64,000 bases of DNA from NCBI GenBank assembly GCA_052327205.1, contig CM126203.1, positions 85,188,001-85,252,000 of the forward strand, given 5' to 3'. This stretch comes from Somniosus microcephalus. Its lineage: Eukaryota. Below the pieces are notes generated by a model. It did not search any database. It was not told the origin of the DNA and was given only the letters and a program-made list of their open reading frames with translations. Positions 35,581 to 48,424 of this stretch are shown here, in pieces (position 1 is the first letter of the stretch; every line of letters begins with the position of its first letter). Made by a program: the position numbers and the translations under genes.

Positions 35581-37819
35581 CCACGAAAATCGTTCGTAGA
35601 AGTTGGGGTCACCAATGTAGGAACGGAGGTTCCTATCAAAAGACTGAGTTCGACTCAGGTAATTTAAATTAATGAACTTTAATGAAAACAAAAGAGTTTT
35701 AAACTGGAAACTGCTAGGACACATCAATAACAGGTCTATTCTCCTTGAGGATTCCACGAGGACTGATCCCCTTATCAGGAGAGTGACGTCATGACGTCAT
35801 CACGTTCTTCCCGCCGTTGGGGCATAACGTGACTAACGGCATGACGTCATCACGTACAGTCAAACAGTGTAATTAAAGGTACAGGCACAGACAGTAACTA
35901 CATTGCTGTTAAAGGAATTATGTACAACCGCTCTGAGTCCTTTGGTGGCTCCGCCACAGTATAACAAAATCTCCATCAGTTTTCTTTGAAAATCAAAAAC
36001 ATCTGTTTCAGATTTTGAAAAGCTATCTCCAAAAGTATCAACAAAATTATTTCTTCTTTAAGCATTTTTCTTTTCTTCTGTCTTTATATAGTCCTTTTCC
36101 TTATGATATTCTATTATTTCTTTGCTTCTTTTTTGCCATTTTATATTTGTATTTTCCTGATTTTCATTTTCTGCATCCTCACCACATTTTTTTCAGTTGC
36201 TGTTTCTAATTTCTTTAATTTGTTCCTTCTTTCTATCTATGTGGAGAGGAACCAGTGGAGGGTATTTCAGGAGTACAGTGTGCAGCAGAATAACTGAGGT
36301 GCCAAACCACGGAACACAGTGCATTCGGGGCCAGTATAGCTGTGATAATGAGGTGGAGATGGTGGTCCTGACCTCTTCCTCCCCCAACACACGCTCAGCT
36401 CCCCAAAAGAGGGGCACATGTGGAAAGCTGGTATAAGGCCTTTGCCCCAGACCACCACAGACCAGATAGTCTGTGAAGGTCCCATACTCAGGTTAAAGAC
36501 TCCTGAGGCATAAAAAATGTATTCCATGCTCCCCCCCCAGAACAATAAGAAGCAATTATGCATAACATTCAATGATCAAAGTCAAATCACAATATCAATG
36601 AAACAAAGATTACTGTACACATTTTAGCATGTAATTTAATACATATAACAGGAAAATAGACACTGTGTGCATGTCAATATACAACTACACTGTTATTCTT
36701 TACTTTTCAATGTATTTAGAGTAATTGTGTCCCTCCCTCTGTCTGCTGTGAACACCATGCTCAATATATAGACGTGAGATACAAATCTTCCCTTGACCTA
36801 GATCAAGAGAGTTTCGTGGCAGAATGCTTATGAAGCAGAAGACAAAGACAGATTCTGCAATAATGCGGAGTGATATGATGGGACCTGCACTATGTGTGGC
36901 AGTTGCTCATAGCTCCTCTGGGAGATAAACACTGCAGCAGCGAGGCCCATCTGAGCTGATCAGTGCAGTAGATGAAAGAAGCTGACAAGCAGCTTCTATC
37001 TTAATCTTATCTCTAAATCCCTGGGACCTCATTTCACTAAATCATTTGCTTTCAACTATGATTGCTAAGCACTCTCCGTGGTTATTTCTTTATAATCTAG
37101 ATATGCCTCAGGAGATGACGATTGTCCCAATAAACCTTACAGATTCTTTTCCATTTACTGGCTACAATCCAGATTAGGGTCCACTGGGATGTTTCAGTGG
37201 AACACCTGCTCGACAGAAAAGATCATTCAATGGCACAGTTCTTATTTTTCAACACATATGCGTGCTATTTATCTGATGTTGCTAGCAGCCCTGCAGTATA
37301 TCTCACTAATGGCCATCCTTCATGTGCACGTCTAGCCAGTGAGTGTCAATGGTCCATTCAACTATAGAGAGGCATCATAGCCAAGTCGAATTGTGTCCTC
37401 AACTATTGCCTACGCACATGCCCTGCAGTTGTAGGCTAGTAATCAGTAGGAGCAATCCAGGCTGATTTTTACCCTCCTTCACCTTGGAGTGGCCCTCCTT
37501 CACAGTAGTGCCCCAAATGGCACCAACTCCTCAAAGACTGGAGATTAAAACTAGGACCTTCTGGTCTGTACGGTTTAGCACACCATTAACCTAGTAAGGC
37601 ATTGGGGGACATTGTCACATGTTAATGTAAAGGCCAATTTACTTAAAAATAAGCTATTTCAGGATTATGCAAATGTTTGTTCTGTTTACTTTTATCAACT
37701 TGTGCAATTTGAGATGTGTAGGAATCTGTCCAATAATAACGCATTGGCAAAACATACTAATGTCTATAACTTTCCTGTAATTCTGTGAAACATGCCAGAA
37801 ATGAAGATGTTACAGTTAT

Positions 37820-38490
37820 GAGTGACAATCACGAGGAGGACTGTAAAAATCTTCAAGACATAGACAGGTTAGCAGAATGGGAAGACAGGTGGCAGGTGCA
37901 GTTTAATATGGAGAAGCGTGAAGTAATGCATTTTGGAACAAAATACAAGGAATGGAGATATACCCTTAATGGAAAGGCACTGAAGGGTGTGGATGAACAG
38001 AGAGACTTAGGTGTTAAAATACATCATTCTCTGAAATGTGAGTGCAGGTAAATAAAACTATTAATACACCCAATAGAATTTTGGGTTTTATTGATAATGA
38101 TATAGAGTACAAGAGTAAAACAGTAATAATGAATGTATACAAAACATTGGTTAGGCCACAGTTAGAGTCCTTTGTGCAGCTTTGGGCATCTAAATTAAAC
38201 CATAGAGTTTACAATGTAAATTCATCAAGATGAGGACAGGGATAGAAAACTAGTTTGGAGGACAGACTTGAGATGCTGGGTCTATTTCCACTGGCGCAGA
38301 GATGACTATGGGGGGATTTAATAAAAGATTTTTAAATTATGAAGAGTGAATACGAAAAGATTATTGAGGAGTCAATGATGAGAGTTTATCAATTCAAAGT
38401 ATGAATATGCGAGTCAGGAAAGGTTAGGAGAAATTTCTTTACACATGGTTGTTGTAACATGCAATGCTTTGCGACAGGGAGGCAGAGACC
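37820..38490 (+). mobile_element. Old degenerate CR1 3' fragment
   Basis: EEDC..LQDIDRLAEW..RWQ.QFN..K and LVRPQLE motifs, with stops and frameshifts. Confidence 0.8.
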
Positions 38491-38525
38491 ATCTGGATTT
38501 CCCCACCAGAGGAAATAGCTTCTCT

Positions 38526-39990
38526 GGGCTGGATTTTCCCAGTGGAAGTGGGATCGTGGCAGGAGAGCTGGTTTGTGGATTCCGTCCTGCGACTGGCTGC
38601 AGCCGCTCTGTCAAAAGGACGGACAAGCACTGCACAAAGGTGCACGGTTGCTCCCAGGCTCTCCATGACTCCCTCCATATGCTTATGGAGGAAGTCACAA
38701 CACGCAGGGAGGTTCTCTTCCCTTCCCATGGATGGAAGAGACCTCCCCAGGAGACCAACGCAGCCTGGTTGCAGATGTTGTCAGGAGTACCTGGCTGTAG
38801 TGGCGCAAACTTTTCAATGATCTCAGTAGATCACGAAACATTACTGCAAAGCCACACTCAACCTCATCCTGCTGTGCCACTCATCATATCCCCATAACTC
38901 TGCCCGTCCTACCCTACTCCTGCACATCCTTACTCACACCAACTTACCTTGCATCTCCACCCATCCCTCTCTATCTACATTATCACTTCTCCATCTCACT
39001 AGCCATCCCTCACACTCACCCTCATACAAGTCCAATCATACCAACTAACAACACACAAGGGTAGGCACTTGTGTGTCTTATGCAATGTTCATGTAAATTT
39101 TCTGTTAATGTGTTGTCAAACATTGAAATCTTTATTTTCAACCTTTTGCCTTATTGTACAGATCTGTGCTCATCTTTGGAAGTGTTTTAGTGAGTTCCAG
39201 TGAATGGTGAGATATAACGGCACCCCCCGCAATGGTGATGAGTGTGGAAGGAATAGCTTGGACATTGTAGGAATGCTTTATGGTGCTGGTGTGGGGTGGT
39301 GCCAACCTGGCACATCATGGGGCAGCCAGGGTATACAGCATCAAGTGAAGTAAATCTGGCCATGGTGATGCCATCGCTGGCTCCCGGGCAGCAGTGTGGT
39401 CGGGTGCTGATACCCTGTGTCCTGTGCAGCATCAGGTGATTGTGGAGAAGGTTAGTGTTGTTGTTGATGATGCTGGTGTGCCTGGTGATTTTGGTGTTGG
39501 GGCTGATCGTGGAGGGATTCAGAGGATCAAGGTGAGATTTTTTCAAGGGCACCGATGTTGCTGGAATAGATGGCAGCTGAAGTTGAGATGACAGAAGTGA
39601 TCTGGCAATGATGAGACAGCTTGCTCCAAGGAGTTGACAGTGGCTAGAGAGTTTACTCCAAACACTTCCTGCATACAGCTCAAAAGTGTCTTCCAAGTCC
39701 TGAAGACTCAAGCTTCTGATATTGGAAAGTGACTAGCTGTGAAATGGTAGCTTTTATACCACTTTTGCAGCTGTCACCTATTCACAGCAATGGGGAGACA
39801 TAGAGAGCCCGACCTACTTACCTGACGTGATCTTCAAATGACGGGAACCCTGTTAAAAATGTGGGAAAATAGAAAAAGGCTGGCAAAATAGTGGTTAACA
39901 AGCACTTAACAAGCAGCTAACTCTCTTAAATGCCTCCCCCGCCGCTTGGTGTCGGATCTGTTCTCAAATTTGCATCTGACTTCCAAGTTT
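38526..39990 (+). mobile_element. Non-autonomous Harbinger derivative (Myb exon 1 + intron remnant, transposase N/C remnant)
   Basis: Terminus GGGCTGGATTTTC and remnant LHMLMEEVTTRREVLFPS. It is the reverse complement of 43790-45000. Confidence 0.75.
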
Positions 39991-39999
39991 CCCGACCAA

Positions 40000-42868
40000 T
40001 TAATGCGAGCAGGTATGATGATGACATGCATGGGTTGCTTCTGTCATCTCAACTTCAGCTTTTATTTCAGCTGAGGCATTTAAAGGAATACTGCAAAGGT
40101 GACAGTTGAAGGATAGTGGAGGTGGAAGAAAGATTGGTTGGTGATAAAAATGGATTCTTAACATTCCAAAGCTGCCCCTCACTTTAGTGATGCCTCCCTG
40201 GAGCTCATGCTGCAAGGTGTTTGGGCCAGCAGGGAGGTTTACTCCCTTCTGACGGGAGGAAGAAGCCAGCCTTACTTACAAAGAAGATATGGCTGGAGAT
40301 TGCGGAGGAGATCAGCAGCAGGAGTGTGATAGCACGCTCCTGGATACAATGCAGGAAGAGATTTAATGACCTCATGAGGCAGCAAAAGTGAGTACAATGC
40401 CACATTGCCCTACATCCTGATGTGTCTGTCACCCCAACCCCCTCACTCTGCCTTCCAAAGCCTACTCCTGCACATCACTCCTCACACCAACCTACCTTGC
40501 AGATGCACCCCTCCCTCTCTGTCGATGCACTTCTTGACATCCCCATCTGGCCATCCACCACTGACACTCACCCTCATCTTAATGCAATGTAACACCTCTC
40601 CCTCATAGTCACCCTCTACAGATGTTGTCCATCCATCCATTCCATTCATTCCATGACTCTCACTCAAAGGTCTCTTCTTTCCCTCCTTGCAAGAGAAGAG
40701 AGCGCAGAACACCAGGAAGAGGCAGAGAACAGGAGGTGGCTCTCCAGTTATAGCAACTCTCACATCTGCAGAAATAAGTAGAGTGTTGGCATGCCTGTTG
40801 GTGGGAGATGGGGAGACAGGGAGCGCCCAGCTACATGTCAGCAGACAGTGAAATATAATAATTTGCATAATGGTAACTTAAAACATTCTTAACATGACAG
40901 TTCTAATTCATGTCTTTACTCTCCCACAGGCCCATCAATTGTCCAACAGCCAGTGGAGCCAAAGGAGGAAGAAGACTCCTCAGAGGAAGTCGCTAACTGT
41001 GAGGGTGCAGCGTCACAGGACGCATGCACACTAAGCACCAGCGCAGATACACACACATCAGTGGGACCAAGACAGATAGTTGTGTTGTCACCTGGTGTCT
41101 CACAGATCACATGTGAGCAAGAGCAGATGGTGGAGTCAGGGACAGCAGTGGAGAGCCCTCGTCGGAGGGCGCAGGGTGCTTCAAGCACTGCTCAGCTGGA
41201 TGCAGATGCTGAACCTCGGGGGCCATCGACAAAGCGGACGATTCTGGAGGAGGAGCAAAAAATGCGGGAGGCTCTGGCAGGATTTCCAGCTTATGCATGC
41301 TTGCAGAGCAAATGGAGGAGTGCATCTCAAGCTTGACTGCATGATATCACAGGCCATGTTTATGATGTGTTCGTTCATGGAAAGGGTGGCCACCAGCATG
41401 GAGCATCAAATGTGGCAGTCAAATGAGTGCATGCTTGCCCTGACAAACAGCTTGTACACACTGAATGCCACCTTAACTAGGATGGATAGAAAATTGGACT
41501 TGGCCGTTCATCATACCACTGATGTGCAGCAAAATGCTCTCCAGCTCATTGCTAGCAGGGAAGTGCGGGTGTGCCATGAGAGGGATGATGACGAAAGCGG
41601 ACTTAGAAGTGGGGACTCTCCTCAAACCGCTTCCACTTCTCACCCGTTGCTCCCCCCCCGCAAATCAGTGCCCCACATGCTGCCTCCTGTTCTGATGGCC
41701 GAGTCTGCCCCTGCACAGGTGCAGGTGGAGCAGTCTTTGGCGGGGCCCTCATGGGCTCCAAAACCCAGAGTACGTCAGCCAAGAGCATCTGAGCAGTCAG
41801 AGCAGGGAAGTGAGCAGCCTGCCTGTATGTCTGGTGAAGCCACAGGGGTTGCACGTCGTAGGAGTTATAGGAAAAGGAAGATGAAAGATTATTAGTTGCA
41901 CAAGGGTATATACATGGGTGTTTTAAACATGTCACAATAATAAGTTACTGTATCAGTTTTGATGCACATATAAAATTATTTCTTTGAACCACTTTCCAGT
42001 CTTGCCCATTTTTGCCTGCAGCCTGCCAGCTGGCATTCTCAGTTCTGATGAATGGTAATACAAGACTTAAATCTGAGCACTGGGTGTCTGTGAAAGCGAT
42101 GCTTTGTTGATTGCAGGACTGTTTTGCGCTGGGGGTGGTGGGGGAGGGGGGCAAGTATGTTCAGCATGTGACTGCCAGATAGGTACAGTGGTGCAAACTA
42201 CCTAAATGTTGTCATGATGAGTCCATCCCGGACATCCCAGGCAGCATTGTGTGCTGCTGAGGTTGCTGGTGCTCGTCTTGGTCCTCATCTGAGGTCCAAG
42301 CTGAAACTGCATAAACAGCACCCATGCTGATCTGATATATGACAGATTTAAAACGGAGAACAGACACACAAACCTCCAAATAGTGAGAGTGACCTCCAAT
42401 GTAGTGAAAGTCACCTCCAAAATAGTAGGAACCATCACCAAAGATGTAGAAATCACCTGCAAAGTACTGAAAGCAAACTCTCAGAACAAATGCTGTGAGC
42501 AAAAGCCTTTCACTTAGGCAAGGAAGCAGGTGCGAGGTCTCTTTTGCCTGTCATTTCTTCAGCCCCCTGAAATGCCACTGTGCTCTCGCCTTGCTTTCAC
42601 TGGTGTAGTCCAGGCAGCTCGGGAAACCCATGGACCCACACTGAAAGTTGCAAAACCTTGTTCAAAAAACCTGTTAACGACCTCTTAATTGCTTTCAATT
42701 GGTAACCCGCCTCTCCCGAAAGGTTTTCTCACACGCTGCCGAACGTGCTCCAGTGAAATGTTGAAGTCGACGGGTTGGAGCCGGCTTCCTTTTCCGCTAT
42801 CAATTTCAACGCTTTTTACTGCCCACACGCTCCTCAAGCCACTCGTTACTGCTGGTAAACATTTCCCC
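40000..42868. mobile_element. Harbinger-3: degenerate 3-exon Myb gene (~40170-41895, +) with transposase almost entirely deleted (~42200-42325, -)
   Basis: W.EIAEEISSRS..ARSWIQCRKRFNDL, EKRAQN..KRQRTGGG, exon 3 homologous to Harbinger-2, and NLS RRSYRKRK. The left terminus is not resolved. Confidence 0.75.
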
Positions 42869-42870
42869 TA

Positions 42871-43540
42871 TTAAGACAGGTGACCAAAAGCTTGGTCAAA
42901 GAGGTAGGTTTTAGGGAGTGTCTTAAAGAAGGAGAGAGAGGTAGAGAGGTGGAGAGACTTAGGGAGGGAATTCCAGAGCTTAGGGCCTAGGCAACTGAAG
43001 GCACGGTCACCAATGGTGGAACGATTAAAATTGGGAATGCACAAGAGGCCAAAATTGGAGGAATGCAGAGAACTCGGGGGGTTGTAGGGCTGGAAGTGGT
43101 TACAGAGATAGGGAGGGGCAAAGCCATGGAGGGATTTGAAAACAAGGATGAGAATTTTAAAATCGAGGTGTTGCCGGACCGAGAGCCAATATAGGTCAGC
43201 GAGCACAGGGGTGATGGATGAACAGGACTTAGGATATGGGCAGCAGAGTTTTGGATGAGTTCATGTTTATGGAGGGTGTTATATGGGAGGCTGGCTAGGA
43301 GAGTATTAGAATAGTCAAGTCTAGAGGTAACAAAGGCATGGATGAGGGTTTCAACAGCAGATGAGCTGAGGTGGGGCGGAGATGGGCAATGTTACAGAGG
43401 TAGAAGTAGGCGGTCTTGGTGATAGAGCAGATATGTGGTCGGAAGCTCATCTCAGGGTCAAATAGGACGCCACCGTCTAATTCAGCCTCAGACAGTGACC
43501 AGGGAGAGAGATGGAGTCGGTGGCTAGGGAACAGAGCTTG
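42871..43540 (-). mobile_element. L2-clade LINE 3' ORF fragment
   Basis: LADLYWLSV..HLDFKILILVFKSLHG.APPYL...GDRAFS..GPKLWNSLP is the typical L2 C-terminus. Confidence 0.85.
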
Positions 43541-43544
43541 TAGC

Positions 43545-45261
43545 AACTTTCTGCTCAAATGCAACCTTCATACACTTCAGACAAAGATATTCACCGACCC
43601 GCTGTAAACCCGCCTCCTTGTCAGTTTCCCAAGTGTCGGGTCTGTCATCCCTGAATAGACCCGGCACCAAGCGACGGGTCAGCCAATTTAGATACTTAAA
43701 AGCTTATTAAAAGGAGGGTAAGAACCATTTTCCCATGTACTTACCATTTTACCAGGTTTTCAACGAGGTTCCCGGAGAGCGGCTATCACAACAGGTAAGT
43801 ATGTCGGGTTCCCAATGACTGTGGATTGCTGTGAATAGGTGAAAGCTGCAGAAGTGGTATAAAACCTACCATTTCACAGCTGTTCACTTCTCAATCTTAG
43901 AAGCTGCAGCATTAATGATTTGGAACCCACTTTTGAGCTTAATGCACTTTTGAAGTGTTTGGAGTAATCTCTCTATCCACTGTCACCTCCTTAGAACAGC
44001 CTATCTCAACATTGACAGATTACTTCTATCATCTCAACCTCACCTGTCATCTATTCCATCAGCATTGGTGTCCTTGAAAAAATCTCACCTTGGTCCTCGG
44101 AATCCCAACACGATCAGCCCCAACACCAGCATCACCAGGCACACCAGCAGCACCAACATCCACACCAACCTTCTTTGCAATCAACTGATGCTGCACTGGA
44201 CACAGGGCATCATCACCCATGCACATTGCTGCCCGCGATGCCATCGATGGCCTCACTTAAAACTGTAAACCCTGGCTGCCACATGATGCACCAGGTTGGC
44301 ACCACCCCACACCAGCATCGTACAGCATTCCTATAATATCCAAGCCATTCCTTTCACGCTCATCACCACTGGGCAGGAGGACGTTGTATCTCACCATTCA
44401 TTGGAACTCACTAAGGCACTTTCAAAGGTGCACACAAATCTGTCCATGAAGACAAAGTGGTGACAATAAGGGAACAGAAAGTTTACACAAACATTGGCTA
44501 AAACACCCACGTGCCTACACTTGTGTGTTGTTAGTTGGTATGATTGGACTAGGATGAGGGTGAGTGTGAAGGGTGGCTAGTGAGATGGTGAAGTGATAAT
44601 GTAGATAGAGAGGGATGGATGGAGGTGCAAGGTAAGTTGGTGTGAGTAACGATGTGCAGGAGTATGGTAGGGAAGGCAGAGTGATGGGGATGTGATGAGT
44701 AGCACAGCAGGATGAGGTTGAGTATGGTTTTGCAGTAACGTTTCGTGATCTACTGAGATCATTGAAAGGTTTGCGCCACTGCAGCCTGGTCATCCTGATG
44801 ACATCCCTGCTTGTGTCCTCCTGTACAATGTGCAACCAGGCTGCGTTGGTGTCCTGGGGAGGTCTCTACCGCCCATTGGAAGGGAAGAGAACTTCCCTGC
44901 GTGTTGTGACTTCCTCCATAAGCATATGGAGGGAGTCATGGGCGAGCCTGGGTGCAGCCATGTACCTTTGTGCAGTACTTGTCAGTGTTTGCAGCACCTC
45001 AGTGCTGTAGAACACTGAGAGCACAAATGTCAAAATGAATGTGGACATGGCCCCTTTAAGGAAACTGGCTGATGATGCGTCATCAAATAATGTCATCAGA
45101 CCCACTTCCTTTTAATTGGCTGGGAACCTTGCAGGGCAGGCTTAACAAGCCGTATCTGGGCTAAATTACTTCAACAGAGCGAGATGGAACCGGGAGCGGG
45201 GTTGCAGTCCGCCATCTACCTCGGCCACGCTTATCCCGCCTCGGTACGCAAAATCGTGGCC
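43545..45261 (-). mobile_element. Non-autonomous Harbinger derivative, inverted relative to 38526-39990
   Basis: AAPRLAHDSLHMLMEEVTTRREVLFPS on the minus strand. Terminus aaaatcgtggcc at 45261. Confidence 0.75.
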
Positions 45262-45729
45262 TAATTTTCTTTTTCTATTTAATTGCCTAGAAATTTGGAC
45301 AAGCTGTGTGAATATCATATTTTAGAAAGGCGAGGTCTGGGGCATCCTGATATTGGGCCTCGGACCTCATTATAATAAAGCAGACATGGCATAACAGCCC
45401 ACCTGCAAAGATTAGAGAGGAGTGAGAATTCAGGTCACTACTGCTGTCACAGCAGCCCTCAGGTAATTGTGTCTGGGAGTTGGGTCTGGGTTGGGGGATC
45501 AAGACAATGCAGGGCTGTGGCCAGGGGGCCTGTAATCATGAGGGATGAGGGACAGGAGCGTGGGAGATAAGGAGCTGGGAGGAAGGAGTTCAGGGGTTGG
45601 GGCCAGGAGGGAGGGAGATCGGGGATTAGCCTGGGTTGTTTTGGTCTGAAGAGGGAGGTGCTTGTCAAATGGGGGATGTGATGCTTTTGGTTTTGTTTTC
45701 TATCGTACTTTGCTTATCATTTTGTTCAG

Positions 45730-47208
45730 ATGGTCGGGGAAGGTTCCATTAGATTGGAAAATAGCGAATATAACTCCTTTATTCAAAAAGGGAGGGAGAC
45801 AGAAAGCAGGAAACTACAGGCCAGTTAGCTTAACATCTGTCATAGGGAAGATGTTAGAAGCTATTATTAAAGATGTTATAGCAGGGTATTTAGAAAAGTT
45901 CAAAGTAATCAGGCAGAGTCAACATGGTTTTGTGCAAGGGAAATCATGTTTAACCAATTTATTGGAGTTCTTTGAGGAAGTAACATGTGCTGTGGATAAA
46001 GGGGAACCGGTGGATGTACTGTACTTAGATTTCCAGAAGGTATTTGATAAGGTACCACATCAAAGGTTACTGCGGAAAATAAAAGCTCATAGTGTAGGAG
46101 GTAACATATTGGCATGGATAGAAGATTGGCTTGCTAACAGGAAACAGAGAGTAGGTATAAATGGGTCATTTTCTGATTGGCAAGATGTAACGAGTGGTGT
46201 GCCATAGGGATCAGTGCTGCGGCCTCAACTTTTTACAATTTATATAAATGACTTGGATGAAGGGACCGAAGGTATGGTTGCTAAATTTGCTGATGACACA
46301 AAGATAGGCAGGAAAGTAAATTGTGAAGAGGACATAAGGAAGCTATAAAGGGATATAGATAAGTTAAGTGAGTGGGCAAAGATCTGGCAAATGGAGTATA
46401 ATGTGGGAAAATGTGAAGTTGTCCATTTTGGCAGGAAGAATAAAAAAAGCATATTATCTAAATGGTGAGAGATTACAGAGCTCTGAGACGCAGAGGGATC
46501 TGGGTGTCCTAGTGCATGAATCGCAAAAGGTTACTATGCAGGTACAGCAAGTAATTAGGAAAGCTAATAGAATGTTATTGTTTTTGCAAGGGGAACTGAA
46601 TACAAAAGTAGGGAGGTTATGCTTCAGTTATACAGGGCATTGGTGAGACCACATCTGGAGTACTGTGTACAGTATTGGTCTCCTTATTTAAGGAAGGATG
46701 TAAATGCATTGGAAGCAGTTCAGAGAAGGTTTACTAGACTAATACCTGGAATGGGCAGGTTGTCTTATGAGGAAAGGTTGGACAGGCTAGGCTTGTATCT
46801 GCTGGAGTTTAGAAGAATAAGATGTGACTTGATTGAAACATATAAGATCCTGAGGGGTCTGGACAGGGTGGATGTGGAGAGGATGTTTCCTCCTGTGGGA
46901 AAATCTAGAACTAGGGGTCACTGTTTTAAAATAAGGGGTCGCCCATTTAAGACAGAGATGAGGAGAAACTTTTCCTCACAGAGGGTGGTGAGTCTTTGGA
47001 ACTCTCTTCCTCAGAGGGCGGTTAAAGCAGAGAAATTGAATATTTTTAAGGCAGAGGTAGATAGATTCTTGGTAAGCAAGGGGGTGAAAAATTATCGGGG
47101 GTAGGCGGGAATGTGGAGTAATCGGATCAGCCGTGATCTTATTGAATGGCGGAGCAGGCTCGAAGGGCCGAGTGACCTACTCCTGCTCCTAATTCCTATG
47201 TTCGTATG
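45730..47208 (+). mobile_element. CR1 LINE, 5'-truncated RT region plus 3' tail
   Basis: NYRPVSLTS, DFQKVFDKVPH, GVP*GSVL, FADDTK and LVRPHLEYC, with tail ttcctatgttcgtatg. Confidence 0.92.
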
Positions 47209-47666
47209 ACTAACACTGGTGCTTCAGGGATTTGTGATACTTGCAGGCCACTTGGACTCGATCTGTTTCTGTTTCTTCTACATTTTGTGGAGTGGGGGGT
47301 CCCGATATATGCTCTTCAGGGGCGTGGGTGAAGGAAGCTTCAAACTTGCTCAGCAAGAGGGAGGGAAAGTTCGAAATCTTGTTCTTCAGGGGGAGTGGGC
47401 CAAAATCCTAATGTAGGGCCTTGCTACTGATGTGATTCTTCCAACAATTAGCTTTTTCCTTCACTGGAAATCTACGACTCTAAGCCTGCTGTATTTCCTC
47501 TCCTCATTTCTTTCTACATTCCCTTTGTTTCCTGCTTGCTTCCAAAACTTGAGTTTTTTTCCCCCCATGAACCGCTTTGTTTCAGGCATTCATCAGTTTG
47601 GTTCCTGTGCACTTTATTTACTTTTGAATTTGAAGGTTTAACTTATTGCGATCATTCAATTGTATT

Positions 47667-48424
47667 GGGCCGGATATTCCGATCCCTATGGGTGAGTATG
47701 CGCTGCGTACCCACCCGTAGGGACATCGGAAATGCCGGTTTCAGGCATGCACTGTGCATGAGCTGGAAACCGGCATTTCTGACCTGTCAAGAAAGCTCTT
47801 GACAGATCCTCTGGCTGCCCAGGAGAAGGGCCTCTGCGGGCGGATAGTTCTGCTTTTTGGAGAGCCTCCGCCCGCAGAAAACCCTTACAATTCTAGTGCC
47901 TGGTAAAACCAGGTGTAAGGCCTGCTTTTACCAGGATAAGAGTTGAAAAAAGTAATTAAAAAAAAATTCCACTGATTTATCATTTAAAAATACTTTAAAA
48001 AAAGGTACGTTTATTTTTAGCCCCATAAAAAACTTTAATTATTTTTTTCAAAAATGTAAAGTTTTGTTTAAAATATTTAATTTATTGGACTTTCAAGTCA
48101 TTTTAAAAATGTGATTTTCTTATTAAATTTATTTAAAATTTTACTATGTTTTGGGGGTGATCTCCATTCATATATTTGACAGGTCTTCCTGTCAAATGTA
48201 TGAAGGGAGATTCCCTTCTTTGATTGGCTCCCCATGGCCCACGTGATCCCAGGGATGCTGCAAACTACCTGCGCCTCTGGGATACGTGGGCCCTGCACAC
48301 CAGCAGTTTGGAGAGGCCCAGCACCGGAATTGTGTGCGTCCCGGGAGCCCTCAAGTAAGGGCGCAGATTTTTCCAGATCGCAGTCCTCCGCCCGCGGGAG
48401 GCCTGCGATTGGAATATCTGGGCC
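47667..48424. mobile_element. Harbinger-type MITE with AT-rich core
   Basis: TIRs GGGCCGGATATTCCGATC / GATTGGAATATCTGGGCC with TSD ATT. Confidence 0.85.

Larger units (their letters stand above)
31272..35958 (-). mobile_element. Gypsy LTR retrotransposon C, CsRn1/Kabuki-type
   Basis: LTRs 31272-31636 and 35616-35958, 4-bp TSD GTAT, PBS TGGTGACCCC (tRNA-Trp) next to 35615, G-rich PPT next to 31637, and gag motif KLPQFW..P..WF.QAEAQF. Confidence 0.9.

Noticed and set aside
36000-36572. Short ORFs after a pyrimidine-rich tract as additional host exons
   Set aside because: No similarity to FSTL5 or any family I recognise, and the two FSTL5 exons already join in frame.
42040-42085. agttCTGATGAatgg... 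possible hammerhead inside Harbinger-3
   Set aside because: No helix II pairing and no GAAA core.
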